Shown: positions 52,323-64,000 of the stretch, one piece after another
Layout of the letters: every line of letters begins with the position of its first letter
Position numbering within the stretch: position 1 is the first letter of the stretch
Assembly (NCBI GenBank): GCA_963558405.1
Contig: CAUWGC010000003.1
Span: 32,001 to 96,000 of the forward strand
DNA from: an uncultured Clostridia bacterium
Lineage (GTDB): Bacteria > Bacillota > Clostridia > TANB77 > CAG-508
Reading direction: 5' to 3'
Length of the DNA stretch: 64,000 bases
Made by a program: the position numbers and the translations under genes
The notes under the pieces: model-generated
What the model saw: only the letters and a program-made list of their open reading frames with translations
Database searches by the model: none
What the model was told of the DNA's origin: nothing

Positions 52323-52649
52323 CTTAATAATACCCCCAAAAATGATTATATTATAATTATACTACGAAACACCATTTTTTAAAAGAACGAAAAAAATGGT
52401 AAATTTAAAATTTATATATTATATGCAATTATTGCTAAAATGTACTACATAGAATATATCATAAGAGTAAAAAAAAGAAAAGAATGTTATATGAAAATAT
52501 TTAAATATTTTTATAATAATTAGTAGAATCAACTAAAGGAATTTTTAAGGAAAAAATTGTATATATTACTTGAAAAAAAACTTGTTTCCCTATATAATAT
52601 CATAGAAAACAAAAGAAATAAATTCCGTAAGAAGAATGGAGGAACAAAA

Positions 52650-52907
52650 GTGGCAACAAGAGAAAAAAATATATGGATATTACTAGTATTTTTATTATCA
52701 GGATTAGTAATTGGAGGATTATTGGGAGAGCTAGCTTCAAAAGTGGACTTTTTATGGTGGCTTTCTTATGGAGAATCATTTGGTCTAACAAATCCAATTA
52801 CATTAAATTTAAATATTATGGAAGTTACATTTGGATTAATGTTTAAAATTAATGTAGCAAGTATTATTGGAATGGCAATTGCTATTTTTATATATCGAAA
52901 GGTATAA
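52650..52907 (+). CDS. DUF4321-like small membrane protein
   Basis: GGAGG RBS, GTG at 52650; G.VIG..LGE...L.L....TFG....INVASIIG pattern; upstream of radC. Confidence 0.75.
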   Translation: MATREKNIWILLVFLLSGLVIGGLLGELASKVDFLWWLSYGESFGLTNPITLNLNIMEVTFGLMFKINVASIIGMAIAIFIYRKV

Positions 52908-52976
52908 CAAATAAAAAATGATACAATAATATAAATAAAAGGAATAGGGGTTTTAGAAAGGTTAGGTAAAATACCA

Positions 52977-54703
<1,727 letters not shown>

Positions 54704-54735
54704 ATTCCTAAAAGAAAGGATGAAAAGGAAGATAC

Positions 54736-55548
54736 ATGTATAAAAATAAAAAAAGTGGAATAATTGGAATTATTGTAACAATTTTGTTATTAGTTATTAT
54801 TGTATTTCTATCCAATGTAGAAATAGGAAAATTATCTTATGCACAAAATGTGTTTACATCTTTAATAATGCCAGTACAAAATGGACTAACATATTTAAAA
54901 AATAAATTAGCAGGTAATGAAAATTTTTTTACTGATGTAAATGCATTAAAACAAGAAAATGAACAGTTAAAACAAAAAAATAAAGAATTAGAAGAAAGTT
55001 TAAGAGAATTAGAAATTACTAAAAATGAAAATAGTAGATTAACAGAATTATTAGGATTAAAAGAAAAATATACAAGTTATTCTACAATTCCAGCTTATGT
55101 AATAAATAGAGATATGAACAATTATAGTAATATGATTGTTATTGATAGCGGAAAAAAAGATGGAATAGAAGAAAATATGGTAGTAATTGCAGATAAAGGA
55201 TTAGTAGGTCATGTGGTATCTGTTTCAGATACTACTGCTAAAGTGCAAACTATTGTTGATCCATCTAGTTCGGTTAGTAGTACTTTATCAACTACAAGAG
55301 ATAACCTTGTTATAAGGGGAAGTATTGAAGGAAATGGCAGATTAAAAGGAACATTTATACAGCCACATGTTACCATTGCACAGGGCGACAATATAGAAAC
55401 ATCTGGAATAGGAGGAATTTATCCTAAAGGAATTCATATAGGAACTGTAAATCAAGTTGTTTCTACTAAAAATATTACAGATAGATATATATGGATAGAA
55501 ACTGCAGTTGATTTTACAAAATTAGAAACTGTTTTAGTAATTAAGTAA
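54736..55548 (+). CDS. mreC: Rod shape-determining protein MreC
   Basis: TM plus coiled coil (EN.RL..LL), G..DGI, GLVG.V and TSGIGGIYPKGI motifs. Confidence 0.93.
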   Translation: MYKNKKSGIIGIIVTILLLVIIVFLSNVEIGKLSYAQNVFTSLIMPVQNGLTYLKNKLAGNENFFTDVNALKQENEQLKQKNKELEESLRELEITKNENSRLTELLGLKEKYTSYSTIPAYVINRDMNNYSNMIVIDSGKKDGIEENMVVIADKGLVGHVVSVSDTTAKVQTIVDPSSSVSSTLSTTRDNLVIRGSIEGNGRLKGTFIQPHVTIAQGDNIETSGIGGIYPKGIHIGTVNQVVSTKNITDRYIWIETAVDFTKLETVLVIK

Positions 55549-55561
55549 AAGAGGTGAAATT

Positions 55562-56095
55562 TTGAAAAAAGTAGGTATTATTGTTGCGTTTTTTGCTGTT
55601 TTCTTATGCCTTTATTTTTTACAAGCTAATTTTTTTACTTGGTTTACTATAAGTGATGTAATGCCAAATATTTTTGTTATTTTTATGCTATTTATAGGTT
55701 TATTTGCAGGAAAAAAAGTAGGAGCATTTTGTGGAATCTTATTTGGAATTATCCTTGATTTTTGTATTGGAAAGTCAATTTTTATGTATGCAATTATGCT
55801 AATGGTAGTTGGATTTTTAGGAGGAATTTTAGATAAAAATTTTTCTAAAGATAGTAGAATAACAATTATGTTAATGGTAGCAGGAATGACTTGTTTATTT
55901 GAAATAGGAATGTATGTTTTTTCTGTATTTTTGCTTTCTGCAAATTTAGAAATTATAGCATTTTTAAAAACGTTAGTGATTGAAATAGTTTATAATGTCA
56001 TATTAACAATAATTGTATATCCATTATTTCCTATATTTGGATATCCAATAGAAGAAAATTTTAAAGGAAAGACAATATTAACAAAATATTTTTAA
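55562..56095 (+). CDS. mreD: Rod shape-determining protein MreD
   Basis: Multi-TM protein with PN and G...G...D pattern, located after mreC. Confidence 0.85.
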   Translation: MKKVGIIVAFFAVFLCLYFLQANFFTWFTISDVMPNIFVIFMLFIGLFAGKKVGAFCGILFGIILDFCIGKSIFMYAIMLMVVGFLGGILDKNFSKDSRITIMLMVAGMTCLFEIGMYVFSVFLLSANLEIIAFLKTLVIEIVYNVILTIIVYPLFPIFGYPIEENFKGKTILTKYF

Positions 56096-56109
56096 AAGAA
56101 GGTGAAAAA

Positions 56110-58188
56110 TTGGAACAAAAAAATAATACAGCAAATACTAGACTTAGATATAATATATTGGGAGTTTTAATTTATCTTATTGGAATTGTTTTATTATTAC
56201 AATTATTTAACCTTCAAATTGTTCATGGTGAAGAATATAGAGCACAGTCTAATACAAGACTTACAAGGGAGACAGTATTAAAAGCAGCAAGAGGGAAAAT
56301 TATAGATAGAACAGGAATAGATCTTGTAAGTACAAAAATTGTAAATAGTCTAAAATTATATAAATCAAAAATGTCTTCAGAAGAATTAAATAATACTTTG
56401 CTAGAGATTATAAAAGTTTTAGAACAAAATGGAGATAAATATGCAGACAACTTGCCAATTGCTATAAATCCAATTCGCTTTACAATGGAAGATGAAGAAG
56501 AACAAAAAAAATGGAAAAAAGAAATGGAGATAGACGAAAATTTTACAGCAGAGCAAGTATTTGAAAAATTAAAAGACAAATATGACATAACAACTGAAAA
56601 TATAGATGATGCAAGAAAAATAATGACACTAAGATATGAAATTAATATACAAGGATATAGTAGTACAAGACCAGTAGAGATTTCAGATGATATCTCTGAG
56701 ACAAGCCTTGCAATATTTAATGAGCAAAATTTTAAATTTCCAAGCATTGCAATTATTCCAGAACCACAAAGAGTTTATTTAAAGGGAAATTTAGCATCAC
56801 ATATATTAGGATATTTGAGAACTATAGATTCTGAAACTTATAATGCAAATAAAGATATTTATAGTATGAATGATTTAGTAGGAAAAAGTGGAATAGAATA
56901 TACTTTTGAAACATTTTTAAAGGGGACAGATGGAATAAAACAAATAGATATGTCTGTAGATGGTACAGTAACAGATGAATACATTACAAAAGAAGCTGTA
57001 GCAGGAAATAATGTTGTACTTACTATTGATGCAAAATTACAACAAGTAGTAGAAAATGCACTAAAAACAAATATAGAAAAAATACGTAATGGAGGATTTT
57101 CACAAAGAGCAGATGCAGAAGGTGGTTCTTGTATAGTAATGAACGTAAAAACTGGTGAAGTACTTGCAATGGCAAGTTATCCAGATTTTGATCCACAATC
57201 TTTTGTAGGAATAATATCAGATGAAAAATGGAAAGAATATACAACAGATCTAAAGCCACTAAAGAATAGAGCAATTCAAGATGCAAATGCTCCAGGTTCT
57301 ATTTTTAAAATGATAACAGGAATAGCTGCATTAGAATCTGGTGTGACAAATGTATCAGAGAGAGTATATGACTCTGGAGTATATCGTTATTACAACCAAA
57401 AATTACCATGTTGGTACTATACAGATTATGGAAGAGGACATGGATGGCAAAATGTATCAGATGGAATAAAAAATTCTTGTAATTATTATTTTTGTGAAAT
57501 GGGACAAAGGTTAGGAATTGATAAATTAGTAGAATACTCTTCAGGTTTTGGATTAGGTAAAAAGACAGGTGTAGAATTATTAGGAGAAACAGCAGGAAAT
57601 TTAGCAACTAGTTTAAATAATGAACCAGGAAATATTTTAAATCTTTCTATAGGACAAGGAGCTAACAGCTTTAGTGTTATTCAAATGGCAAAATATATTA
57701 GTATGGTAGCAAATGGAGGAAGAGATTTAGATGTTACCATTTTTAAAAGTGTTATAGATGAAAATGGAAATACAATACCTAGAGAACAAGTAGAAGAAGT
57801 TGTAAATGAAAGATTAGGATTAGAAAAAACAGAGTTAAAAGATATGATAATAAAAGATGAAAACTTTAAAGCTATACTAGAAGGTATGAAATCAGTAACA
57901 ACAGAATCAGGAGGAACTGCAAATAGTTTCTTTAGAGGATTTGATATAGAAGTAGGTGGAAAAACAGGATCTGCAGAAGTTGGAAATGGTAAGGTAAATG
58001 CTTGGTTTGCAGGTTTTGCACCATATGATGACCCAGAAATTGCAGTAGTAGTAATGGTTGAAAATGGAAGACATGGAAGTTATACAGCAGAACCAGTAAG
58101 AGATATTATTGCAGAATATTTTGGAATGAACTTACAAGAAGCAAATGAAAGTATGGAAGCAATTCCTACTGTTCAAATACAAAGATAA
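56110..58188 (+). CDS. mrdA: Class B penicillin-binding protein 2
   Basis: ARGKIIDR, GKSGIE, LTID, PGSIFK (SxxK), SCN and GKTGSA motifs. Confidence 0.9.
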   Translation: MEQKNNTANTRLRYNILGVLIYLIGIVLLLQLFNLQIVHGEEYRAQSNTRLTRETVLKAARGKIIDRTGIDLVSTKIVNSLKLYKSKMSSEELNNTLLEIIKVLEQNGDKYADNLPIAINPIRFTMEDEEEQKKWKKEMEIDENFTAEQVFEKLKDKYDITTENIDDARKIMTLRYEINIQGYSSTRPVEISDDISETSLAIFNEQNFKFPSIAIIPEPQRVYLKGNLASHILGYLRTIDSETYNANKDIYSMNDLVGKSGIEYTFETFLKGTDGIKQIDMSVDGTVTDEYITKEAVAGNNVVLTIDAKLQQVVENALKTNIEKIRNGGFSQRADAEGGSCIVMNVKTGEVLAMASYPDFDPQSFVGIISDEKWKEYTTDLKPLKNRAIQDANAPGSIFKMITGIAALESGVTNVSERVYDSGVYRYYNQKLPCWYYTDYGRGHGWQNVSDGIKNSCNYYFCEMGQRLGIDKLVEYSSGFGLGKKTGVELLGETAGNLATSLNNEPGNILNLSIGQGANSFSVIQMAKYISMVANGGRDLDVTIFKSVIDENGNTIPREQVEEVVNERLGLEKTELKDMIIKDENFKAILEGMKSVTTESGGTANSFFRGFDIEVGGKTGSAEVGNGKVNAWFAGFAPYDDPEIAVVVMVENGRHGSYTAEPVRDIIAEYFGMNLQEANESMEAIPTVQIQR

Positions 58189-58207
58189 AATAAAAGAAGG
58201 TAAGGAT

Positions 58208-58819
58208 ATGAAAAATTGTATACAAATTCATTTAAAAAAAGACGAAATAGAATTAAGAATTCAAGAAGATGCAACACATGATGAAGTAATAGAAGCTTTA
58301 GAAAAAAAATTATATGAATTAAAAAAACTATATAAGGAGGACACAACACCTATTTTTGTTACAGGAAAAGTACTAAAAAACACAGAAATAGATGAAATTC
58401 AAAAATTAATTCACAATTGTATACCAGTTAAACTAAATTTTGAAAGTCCAAAAACATTAGGATTACATGGTATAAAGAAAACATATCATAAACCAATAGA
58501 AATCTCTGAGACAAAGTATTATAAAGGCTCTATGCGTTCTGGTCAAAAATTAGAATTTGACGGAAGTATTGTAATACTAGGAGATATAAATGCAGGAGCA
58601 GAAGTAATCGCTTCTGGAAATATTGTAGTTTTAGGTATATTAAGAGGTCTAGCACATGCAGGAGCTAAAGGAAATAAAGATGCAAGCATTGCAGCTTCTT
58701 TGATAGATACTACTCAATTAAGAATAGCTAATATAATAAAAGAAATAGAAAAAGAAGATTCAAAAGGAAAAGAAATTCATTATGCTTATGTTCAAAATGA
58801 AAATATAATTTTAGAATAG
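58208..58819 (+). CDS. minC: Septum site-determining protein MinC
   Basis: RSGQ...GSIVILGDINAGAEVIASGNIVVLG.LRG.AHAG motif; ATG at 58208. Confidence 0.9.
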   Translation: MKNCIQIHLKKDEIELRIQEDATHDEVIEALEKKLYELKKLYKEDTTPIFVTGKVLKNTEIDEIQKLIHNCIPVKLNFESPKTLGLHGIKKTYHKPIEISETKYYKGSMRSGQKLEFDGSIVILGDINAGAEVIASGNIVVLGILRGLAHAGAKGNKDASIAASLIDTTQLRIANIIKEIEKEDSKGKEIHYAYVQNENIILE

Positions 58820-58860
58820 TAATATAAAATTAATTAAAAGCAAGAAAATATTCTTGCTTT

Positions 58861-59172
58861 TTAATTAATTAATAATAAAATAAGAATAAGAAATAAGCTA
58901 GTATCTTTTATACCTTCTTTATAAAGAAAAAATATCAAACAAACTAATAAAATATCGTCATATTGTAGCTTTAAACCAAATAAATCTATAAAATAGTTTT
59001 CTTCAATAGTATTAGAAGAAGATTTTTTTTCTTCTTTAGCAATATTTAAGTTTTTATTTTGTAAATTTGATGTAGTATTTTGTTTATTTTTATAATTGGA
59101 GTTAAAAGTTTGTTTATAATAATTATGATAATTATATCTAGGAAAAGAAAAAGGTGAGTAAGGAAACATCAT
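58861..59172 (-). CDS. Hypothetical protein with hydrophobic C-terminus
   Basis: DDILLVCLIFFLYKEG..D..L..IL.LLL tail; start overlaps the upstream stop codon. Confidence 0.7.
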   Translation of the reverse strand: MMFPYSPFSFPRYNYHNYYKQTFNSNYKNKQNTTSNLQNKNLNIAKEEKKSSSNTIEENYFIDLFGLKLQYDDILLVCLIFFLYKEGIKDTSLFLILILLLIN

Positions 59173-59633
59173 TTTTTCTGCTCACCACCTAAAGGACCTA
59201 ATACTTCAAAAATTTTTTCCATTTTTAAAAATTGAATATATTGATCTACTTTATTTTTTCTACTTTCTTTTAAATATGGTTTTAAAGAAAGTAATAAATT
59301 AGTTCTTGGATCATTTTTATTAGAATTTACTTTATCAAAAACGGATTTTAATTTCATTATTGTTCCAATATCAATATTAAAATCATTTTGATTATTAGAA
59401 GAATTTTCTGAACTACTAAAATTTTCTTTTTTATCAGAATTTAACATATTAGCTAATATATTAGCCATTTCAGGAGGAATTGTACAAGAAGAATTTTCTG
59501 AATTGGTATTATTGTCTGAATTATTAGAAGAACTATTTAAATTTTGAAGTATGTTTTTAATATCTTCTGGAATCTCTTTTCCATTTAGCATACTGCTAAA
59601 GTTTTTCATTAAATCAGACATATCTTCTGCCAT
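59169..59633 (-). CDS. Hypothetical protein
   Basis: AGGAGG RBS; DPRTNLLLSLKPYL..SR..KVD motif. Confidence 0.75.
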   Translation of the reverse strand: MAEDMSDLMKNFSSMLNGKEIPEDIKNILQNLNSSSNNSDNNTNSENSSCTIPPEMANILANMLNSDKKENFSSSENSSNNQNDFNIDIGTIMKLKSVFDKVNSNKNDPRTNLLLSLKPYLKESRKNKVDQYIQFLKMEKIFEVLGPLGGEQKK

Positions 59634-59650
59634 ACAAATTCCTCCTTTTT

Positions 59651-59824
59651 TTAATTTTTATTATTATTTAACTTGCTTTGTAATTCCCCAATAATTTTAT
59701 CTTTATCCTTTGAATTTAAAATAGCATTTGCCAGAGCCAAACCTTGTTTAAGCTTATCTTGATCCATATTAGATAACATAGACATAAGTTTCGCCATATC
59801 TATATTATTTTGATTGTTATTCAT
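59651..59824 (-). CDS. Small hypothetical protein MNNNQNNIDMAKLMSMLSNMDQDKLKQGLALANAILNSKDKDKIIGELQSKLNNNKN (57 aa)
   Basis: AAGGAGG RBS; first gene of a three-gene minus-strand operon; not in the ORF track. Confidence 0.7.
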   Translation of the reverse strand: MNNNQNNIDMAKLMSMLSNMDQDKLKQGLALANAILNSKDKDKIIGELQSKLNNNKN

Positions 59825-60114
59825 AGTAAACCTCCTTCTTAATACATTTTTATATGTAACATATTATTACTATATGAAAAATATTTTAAAAAGTTCCTAA
59901 AAAACAGAATTGTTTTTCGTGTTAGTATTGTAATTTTCGCTATTTTACGATAAAATAAAAAACACAAATGAGAAAAGTTAAAAGAAATTTAAAAAAATAT
60001 ATCACAAAAAGTAAAAAACTTTTTCTTTACGGATACTTGAATTCTACAAAAAATTTAATATGTATATATTAAAATATGAACATAGCAAAAGAAAAAGTTT
60101 ATGAGGTGGTAAGG

Positions 60115-62601
60115 ATGTTTCAAAATATATCAAATGAGTTTCAAGATAATTTTAAAGAGGATGTTGAAGTTAAGGAAGAAAACAAAAAAGAAATAAAAAA
60201 GCAATTCTTTAAAAAAATGTTTTCTATTCCAAATATTATTTTGTATATTATTACATTTATGATTTCAACTGTTGGATTTGGAGAATTTAATCCTTTTGCA
60301 CTAAGTATATTAGCTGCTTTATGTAGTAACGGATTTCCTATTGGACCTATTTATATCATAGCTGGTATAGGAACTTTAGTAGGATTTGGAACAAGCAGTT
60401 TTTTAATATATTTAGTAACAGGATTATTTTTCTTTGCATCGCAATTAATAATAAGACCTAAAATTAATAAAAATGATGTAAATGAAAAAAGAAAAGTTGG
60501 ATTTCATATACTTATATCAACATTTTTAGTTCAAGCTATACAAATGTTATGGAAAGAATTTTATTTTTATGATGGAATGGTTGCAATATTAACATGTATA
60601 TTAGTGTATATTTTTTATAAAATATTTACTAATTCAGTTTCTGTTATTAAAGACTATCCTATAAAAAAAGCTTTTTCAGTAGAAGAAGTAATGGGAGCTA
60701 GTTTAATACTTGCAATTAGTGTATCAAGTTTACGTGATTTTTCTATTTTTGGATATAGTATTAGAAATATTTTAAGTATATTACTAGTATTAATTTTAGG
60801 ATTTAAAAATGGAATTTTAGTAGGAGCAACAGGAGGAATTACAATAGGTGTAGTTCTTGGAATTATTGGTAACAATGATCCAATAGTAGTAGCTGCGTAT
60901 GCAATTTCTGGAATGGTAGCTGGAATTTTTAATAAATTAGGAAAAATAGGTGTTATTGTAGGATTTATTATAGGTAACGTATTATTAACTTATGTAGCAA
61001 ATGGAGCAACTATTCCTATTATTCTTTTTCAAGAAATATTAATTGCATCATTAGGACTTTTAGCAGTTCCAAAAAATGCAATTATAAATATTGAAGATTT
61101 ATTTGGAAAAACAAGATTATTATCATCTGGTCCAGAAAAAATATTAGAACAAAATCAAAATACAATATATAAATTAAATACTATGTCAGAAGCAATTTCA
61201 GAAATGGCAAAAACATATTCAGAAGTGGCAGCAACAACAGTAGAAGATATAGTAGATACAGAAAATGATATAAAAGAAAAAACAACTTTTATTAAAGAAT
61301 TAAGAGATAATTTACAAGGATTAGAAGATAATATTATATATGATGATATTGTTTATGAAGATAATGGTATTGTAGAAGATATATATGAATTTATAAAAAC
61401 AAAAGGAGAAATGAAGGAAAAAGATTTAATTTCCATTTTTGAAAAATATAATAATTATATAGTAGGATTTGAAAACAATGCAGTAAATAAAAAAATATTA
61501 GAAGACATAACAAAAATTGTAAAGGCAATAAATTATACATATAAATTAAGTAAAATTAATTTTGTTTGGAAAAAGAAAATAGAAGATAGTAAAAATAATA
61601 TGGCAGTTCAATTAGAAGGTGTATCAAAAGCAATTGATAACTTAGCAGAAGAAATTAATCAAAACGGTGAATATGCAAAAGAAAAAGAAGAAATCAAATT
61701 ATTATTAAAACAAAAAGGAATACATGTAAAAGATATATCTTTAAAAAAAGAAGTAAATGGTAAAAAAACAATAGAATTATACACAGATACTTGTGAAAAT
61801 GTGGAAAATGGTGTATGTATTTCTAATAAAATTGCAAAAATATTGGGTAAAATGACAAGTGAAAAATTAGTTGTAGAAAATCAAACATGTGCAATAAAAA
61901 CAGGGCAAGATACTTGTAAGTTTACTTTTGTATCTGAAGATAAATTTAAATTACAAATAGGGATTGCAAAAGCAACAAAAACCAGATCAGAAATGTCAGG
62001 GGATTCTAGTTTACAAACTAAATTAGAAGATGGAAAATATTTAGTGGCAATTAGTGATGGTATGGGTTCTGGAAAAGAAGCTAAAAAAAGCAGTAGCATT
62101 GCTATAAAAATGTTAGAAAAAATGCTAACATCTGGGTTTGAAAAGGAAAATTCAATTAAGATGATAAATTCTATTTTAAAATCAAATACTGAAGAAGATA
62201 TGTATGCTACATTAGATATTGCGGTATTAGACTTGTTTGATGGGAATATAGAATTTATAAAAAATGGAGCATGTCCAACATATTTAAAAACAGGAAAAAG
62301 TGTTCAACTTATAAAATCATTATCATTACCAACAGGAATATTAGATAATATTGATTTGAGTGTATATGATAAAGATATTGAAGATGGTGACATACTTGTA
62401 ATGTGTAGTGATGGTATTATAGAATCTAATGGAGAATATGCAAACAAGGAACTATGGGTAAAGTATTTACTTGAAGATATTCAAACAGAACAAGTACAAA
62501 AAATAGCAGATATAATCTTAGGAGAGGCAATTGACAATAATTATGGTATGGCAAAAGATGATATGACAATTATAGTAATGCGATTTATAAAAAATAATTA
62601 G
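60115..62601 (+). CDS. spoIIE: Stage II sporulation protein E (PP2C phosphatase)
   Basis: About 10 TMs followed by SGDS, ISDGMGSG, ATLDI, K.GA.P, SDG and DDMT motifs; GAGGTGG RBS before ATG at 60115. Confidence 0.9.
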   Translation: MFQNISNEFQDNFKEDVEVKEENKKEIKKQFFKKMFSIPNIILYIITFMISTVGFGEFNPFALSILAALCSNGFPIGPIYIIAGIGTLVGFGTSSFLIYLVTGLFFFASQLIIRPKINKNDVNEKRKVGFHILISTFLVQAIQMLWKEFYFYDGMVAILTCILVYIFYKIFTNSVSVIKDYPIKKAFSVEEVMGASLILAISVSSLRDFSIFGYSIRNILSILLVLILGFKNGILVGATGGITIGVVLGIIGNNDPIVVAAYAISGMVAGIFNKLGKIGVIVGFIIGNVLLTYVANGATIPIILFQEILIASLGLLAVPKNAIINIEDLFGKTRLLSSGPEKILEQNQNTIYKLNTMSEAISEMAKTYSEVAATTVEDIVDTENDIKEKTTFIKELRDNLQGLEDNIIYDDIVYEDNGIVEDIYEFIKTKGEMKEKDLISIFEKYNNYIVGFENNAVNKKILEDITKIVKAINYTYKLSKINFVWKKKIEDSKNNMAVQLEGVSKAIDNLAEEINQNGEYAKEKEEIKLLLKQKGIHVKDISLKKEVNGKKTIELYTDTCENVENGVCISNKIAKILGKMTSEKLVVENQTCAIKTGQDTCKFTFVSEDKFKLQIGIAKATKTRSEMSGDSSLQTKLEDGKYLVAISDGMGSGKEAKKSSSIAIKMLEKMLTSGFEKENSIKMINSILKSNTEEDMYATLDIAVLDLFDGNIEFIKNGACPTYLKTGKSVQLIKSLSLPTGILDNIDLSVYDKDIEDGDILVMCSDGIIESNGEYANKELWVKYLLEDIQTEQVQKIADIILGEAIDNNYGMAKDDMTIIVMRFIKNN

Positions 62602-62662
62602 ATATATAATAATTAATTTATATAAAATAACACTAATTAAAATTAATTAGTGTTATTTTTGT

Positions 62663-63391
62663 TTATTTTCTTAAATAAATTATGGCATGTAATGTTTTTA
62701 AATCGGTGGACTTTATAGATACAATAAAAAAATCATTGCTTTCTTTTTTTAATAATACAGAATAATTTTCTCCTAATAGAGTAGAAGATTTATACATAAT
62801 TTCTATATTATTAAAATCAAAAGCAGTTACTAAATCTTCAGGTAAAACTTCATATGCAAATTTTAGATAAGAAACATTGTTTACATGATGATTTGTATCA
62901 ATGTCACGTCGTAATACAGAAAAATCTTTTTTAAAATCATAACTTTCTGGTTCTTTTAATTTTTGTTCAAAATCATCAAACACAGAAAAAGGCTCTAACT
63001 TATATAAATCCATATAAGGCTCTATATTTTTTTCAATTTTATTTTCTTTAATGTTAAATAGAACCCACTTAGAAGAAGCTTTAGCAATTATATTATTATT
63101 TTCATCATAAACTTCAAAATCACGAAAAGTATGAATTTTTTCTACTTTACTACACCAAGTTTTTACATAAATATTACTATTCCACATAGGTCTTGATAAT
63201 ATCTGTAATTTCCAGTTTATTAATATCCATGTAAAACCTGTTTTAGATATATCATTAGGTCCCATATTAACAGAAGCTGAATGAAGAGCACCAGCTTCTT
63301 GCAAATATTTTAACATTGCACTATTTGTAAAATTACCATATTCATCAAAATCAGTTAAATCTAATCTGAAAGTATAATTCATAAAAGACAT
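62663..63391 (-). CDS. Acyl-ACP thioesterase family protein
   Basis: LQEA, RDFEV, S.WV and DIDTNHHVNNVSY motifs. Confidence 0.88.
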   Translation of the reverse strand: MSFMNYTFRLDLTDFDEYGNFTNSAMLKYLQEAGALHSASVNMGPNDISKTGFTWILINWKLQILSRPMWNSNIYVKTWCSKVEKIHTFRDFEVYDENNNIIAKASSKWVLFNIKENKIEKNIEPYMDLYKLEPFSVFDDFEQKLKEPESYDFKKDFSVLRRDIDTNHHVNNVSYLKFAYEVLPEDLVTAFDFNNIEIMYKSSTLLGENYSVLLKKESNDFFIVSIKSTDLKTLHAIIYLRK

Positions 63392-63546
63392 TTTTTTACC
63401 TTCTTTCTATTCTAGTAAGTTTACTATAATTTTTTTATTTTGTAAATAGTAAAAAATTGGAATGAACAATTTGACGAATTATCTTGTAATTTATTAGTAA
63501 AATATGGTATAGTAATGTTGGTAAAATATAAAAGTTGGAGGTAAAA

Positions 63547-64000
63547 ATGAGTAGAGGAAGAAGATATGATGGGGAAAGAAAGCTAAATCTAAAAAAAGTT
63601 TTTGCAGTTATTTTAGTTTTTATTGTCCTTATTATGTTTGTAATAGTAATACAAAAATTATTAAATTCAAAGCCTGCTGCAACTTCAGACAAAGTTTCAG
63701 AAATGAATTATTATACTGTATATACAAATGGAAAATGGGGAGTTATTGATGGAAGCGGTAAAACAATTATAGAACCTAATTATGAAGAAATGATTATTAT
63801 CCCTGATAGTACAAAACCAGTATTTCTTTGTACACAAGATGTAGATTATCAAAATGGAACATATACAACAAAAGTATTAAACGAAAAAAATGAAGAAATA
63901 TTAAAAGAATATGACAAAATAGAAACTATACAAAATTATGATAGTAGTAATAATATGTGGTATGAGAAAAATGTACTAAAAGTAAAAAAAGACAATAAAT
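63547..64000 (+). CDS. WG-repeat-containing membrane-anchored protein (partial, runs off the window)
   Basis: GGAGG RBS; MSRGRRYDGERKLNLKKVFAVIL...NGKWGVIDGSGKTIIEPNYEE; no stop before the window end. Confidence 0.8.
   Translation, partial: MSRGRRYDGERKLNLKKVFAVILVFIVLIMFVIVIQKLLNSKPAATSDKVSEMNYYTVYTNGKWGVIDGSGKTIIEPNYEEMIIIPDSTKPVFLCTQDVDYQNGTYTTKVLNEKNEEILKEYDKIETIQNYDSSNNMWYEKNVLKVKKDNK

Noticed and set aside
56223-57607. Antisense ORFs overlapping pbp2, and similar shadow ORFs throughout the track
   Set aside because: They lie opposite well-supported genes, have biased S/F/I/L composition and lack an RBS.

Overview
Very AT-rich chromosomal window from a spore-forming Clostridia-like bacterium (spoIIE, spoIIR, spmAB, sleB-ypeB, abrB, dnaX-ybaB-recR, murF-ddl, prfA, pcrA, radC-mreBCD-pbp2-minC, tRNA-Arg(CCT), SRP RNA). 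Main observation: seven otherwise intact genes (rlmH, sleB, a VirD4-like ATPase, a ZIP transporter, pcrA, mecA, mreB) are each broken at an in-frame CGG codon. In every case, skipping only the C and reading the overlapping GGA/GGT as Gly restores a full-length protein, usually with a conserved Gly motif. This suggests pervasive +1 recoding at CGG (C-GGW read as Gly), although a systematic sequencing artefact cannot be excluded without reads. I found only one other in-frame CGG by manual scan, in an orphan gene. Also present: a type I toxin-antitoxin-like locus, several unannotated small ORFs and sRNA candidates, an orphan VirD4-like gene in a housekeeping context, and two ~2 kb non-coding AT-rich regions that each carry two copies of a module with fixed motif spacing. 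All calls are by eye from sequence; no database searches were run.
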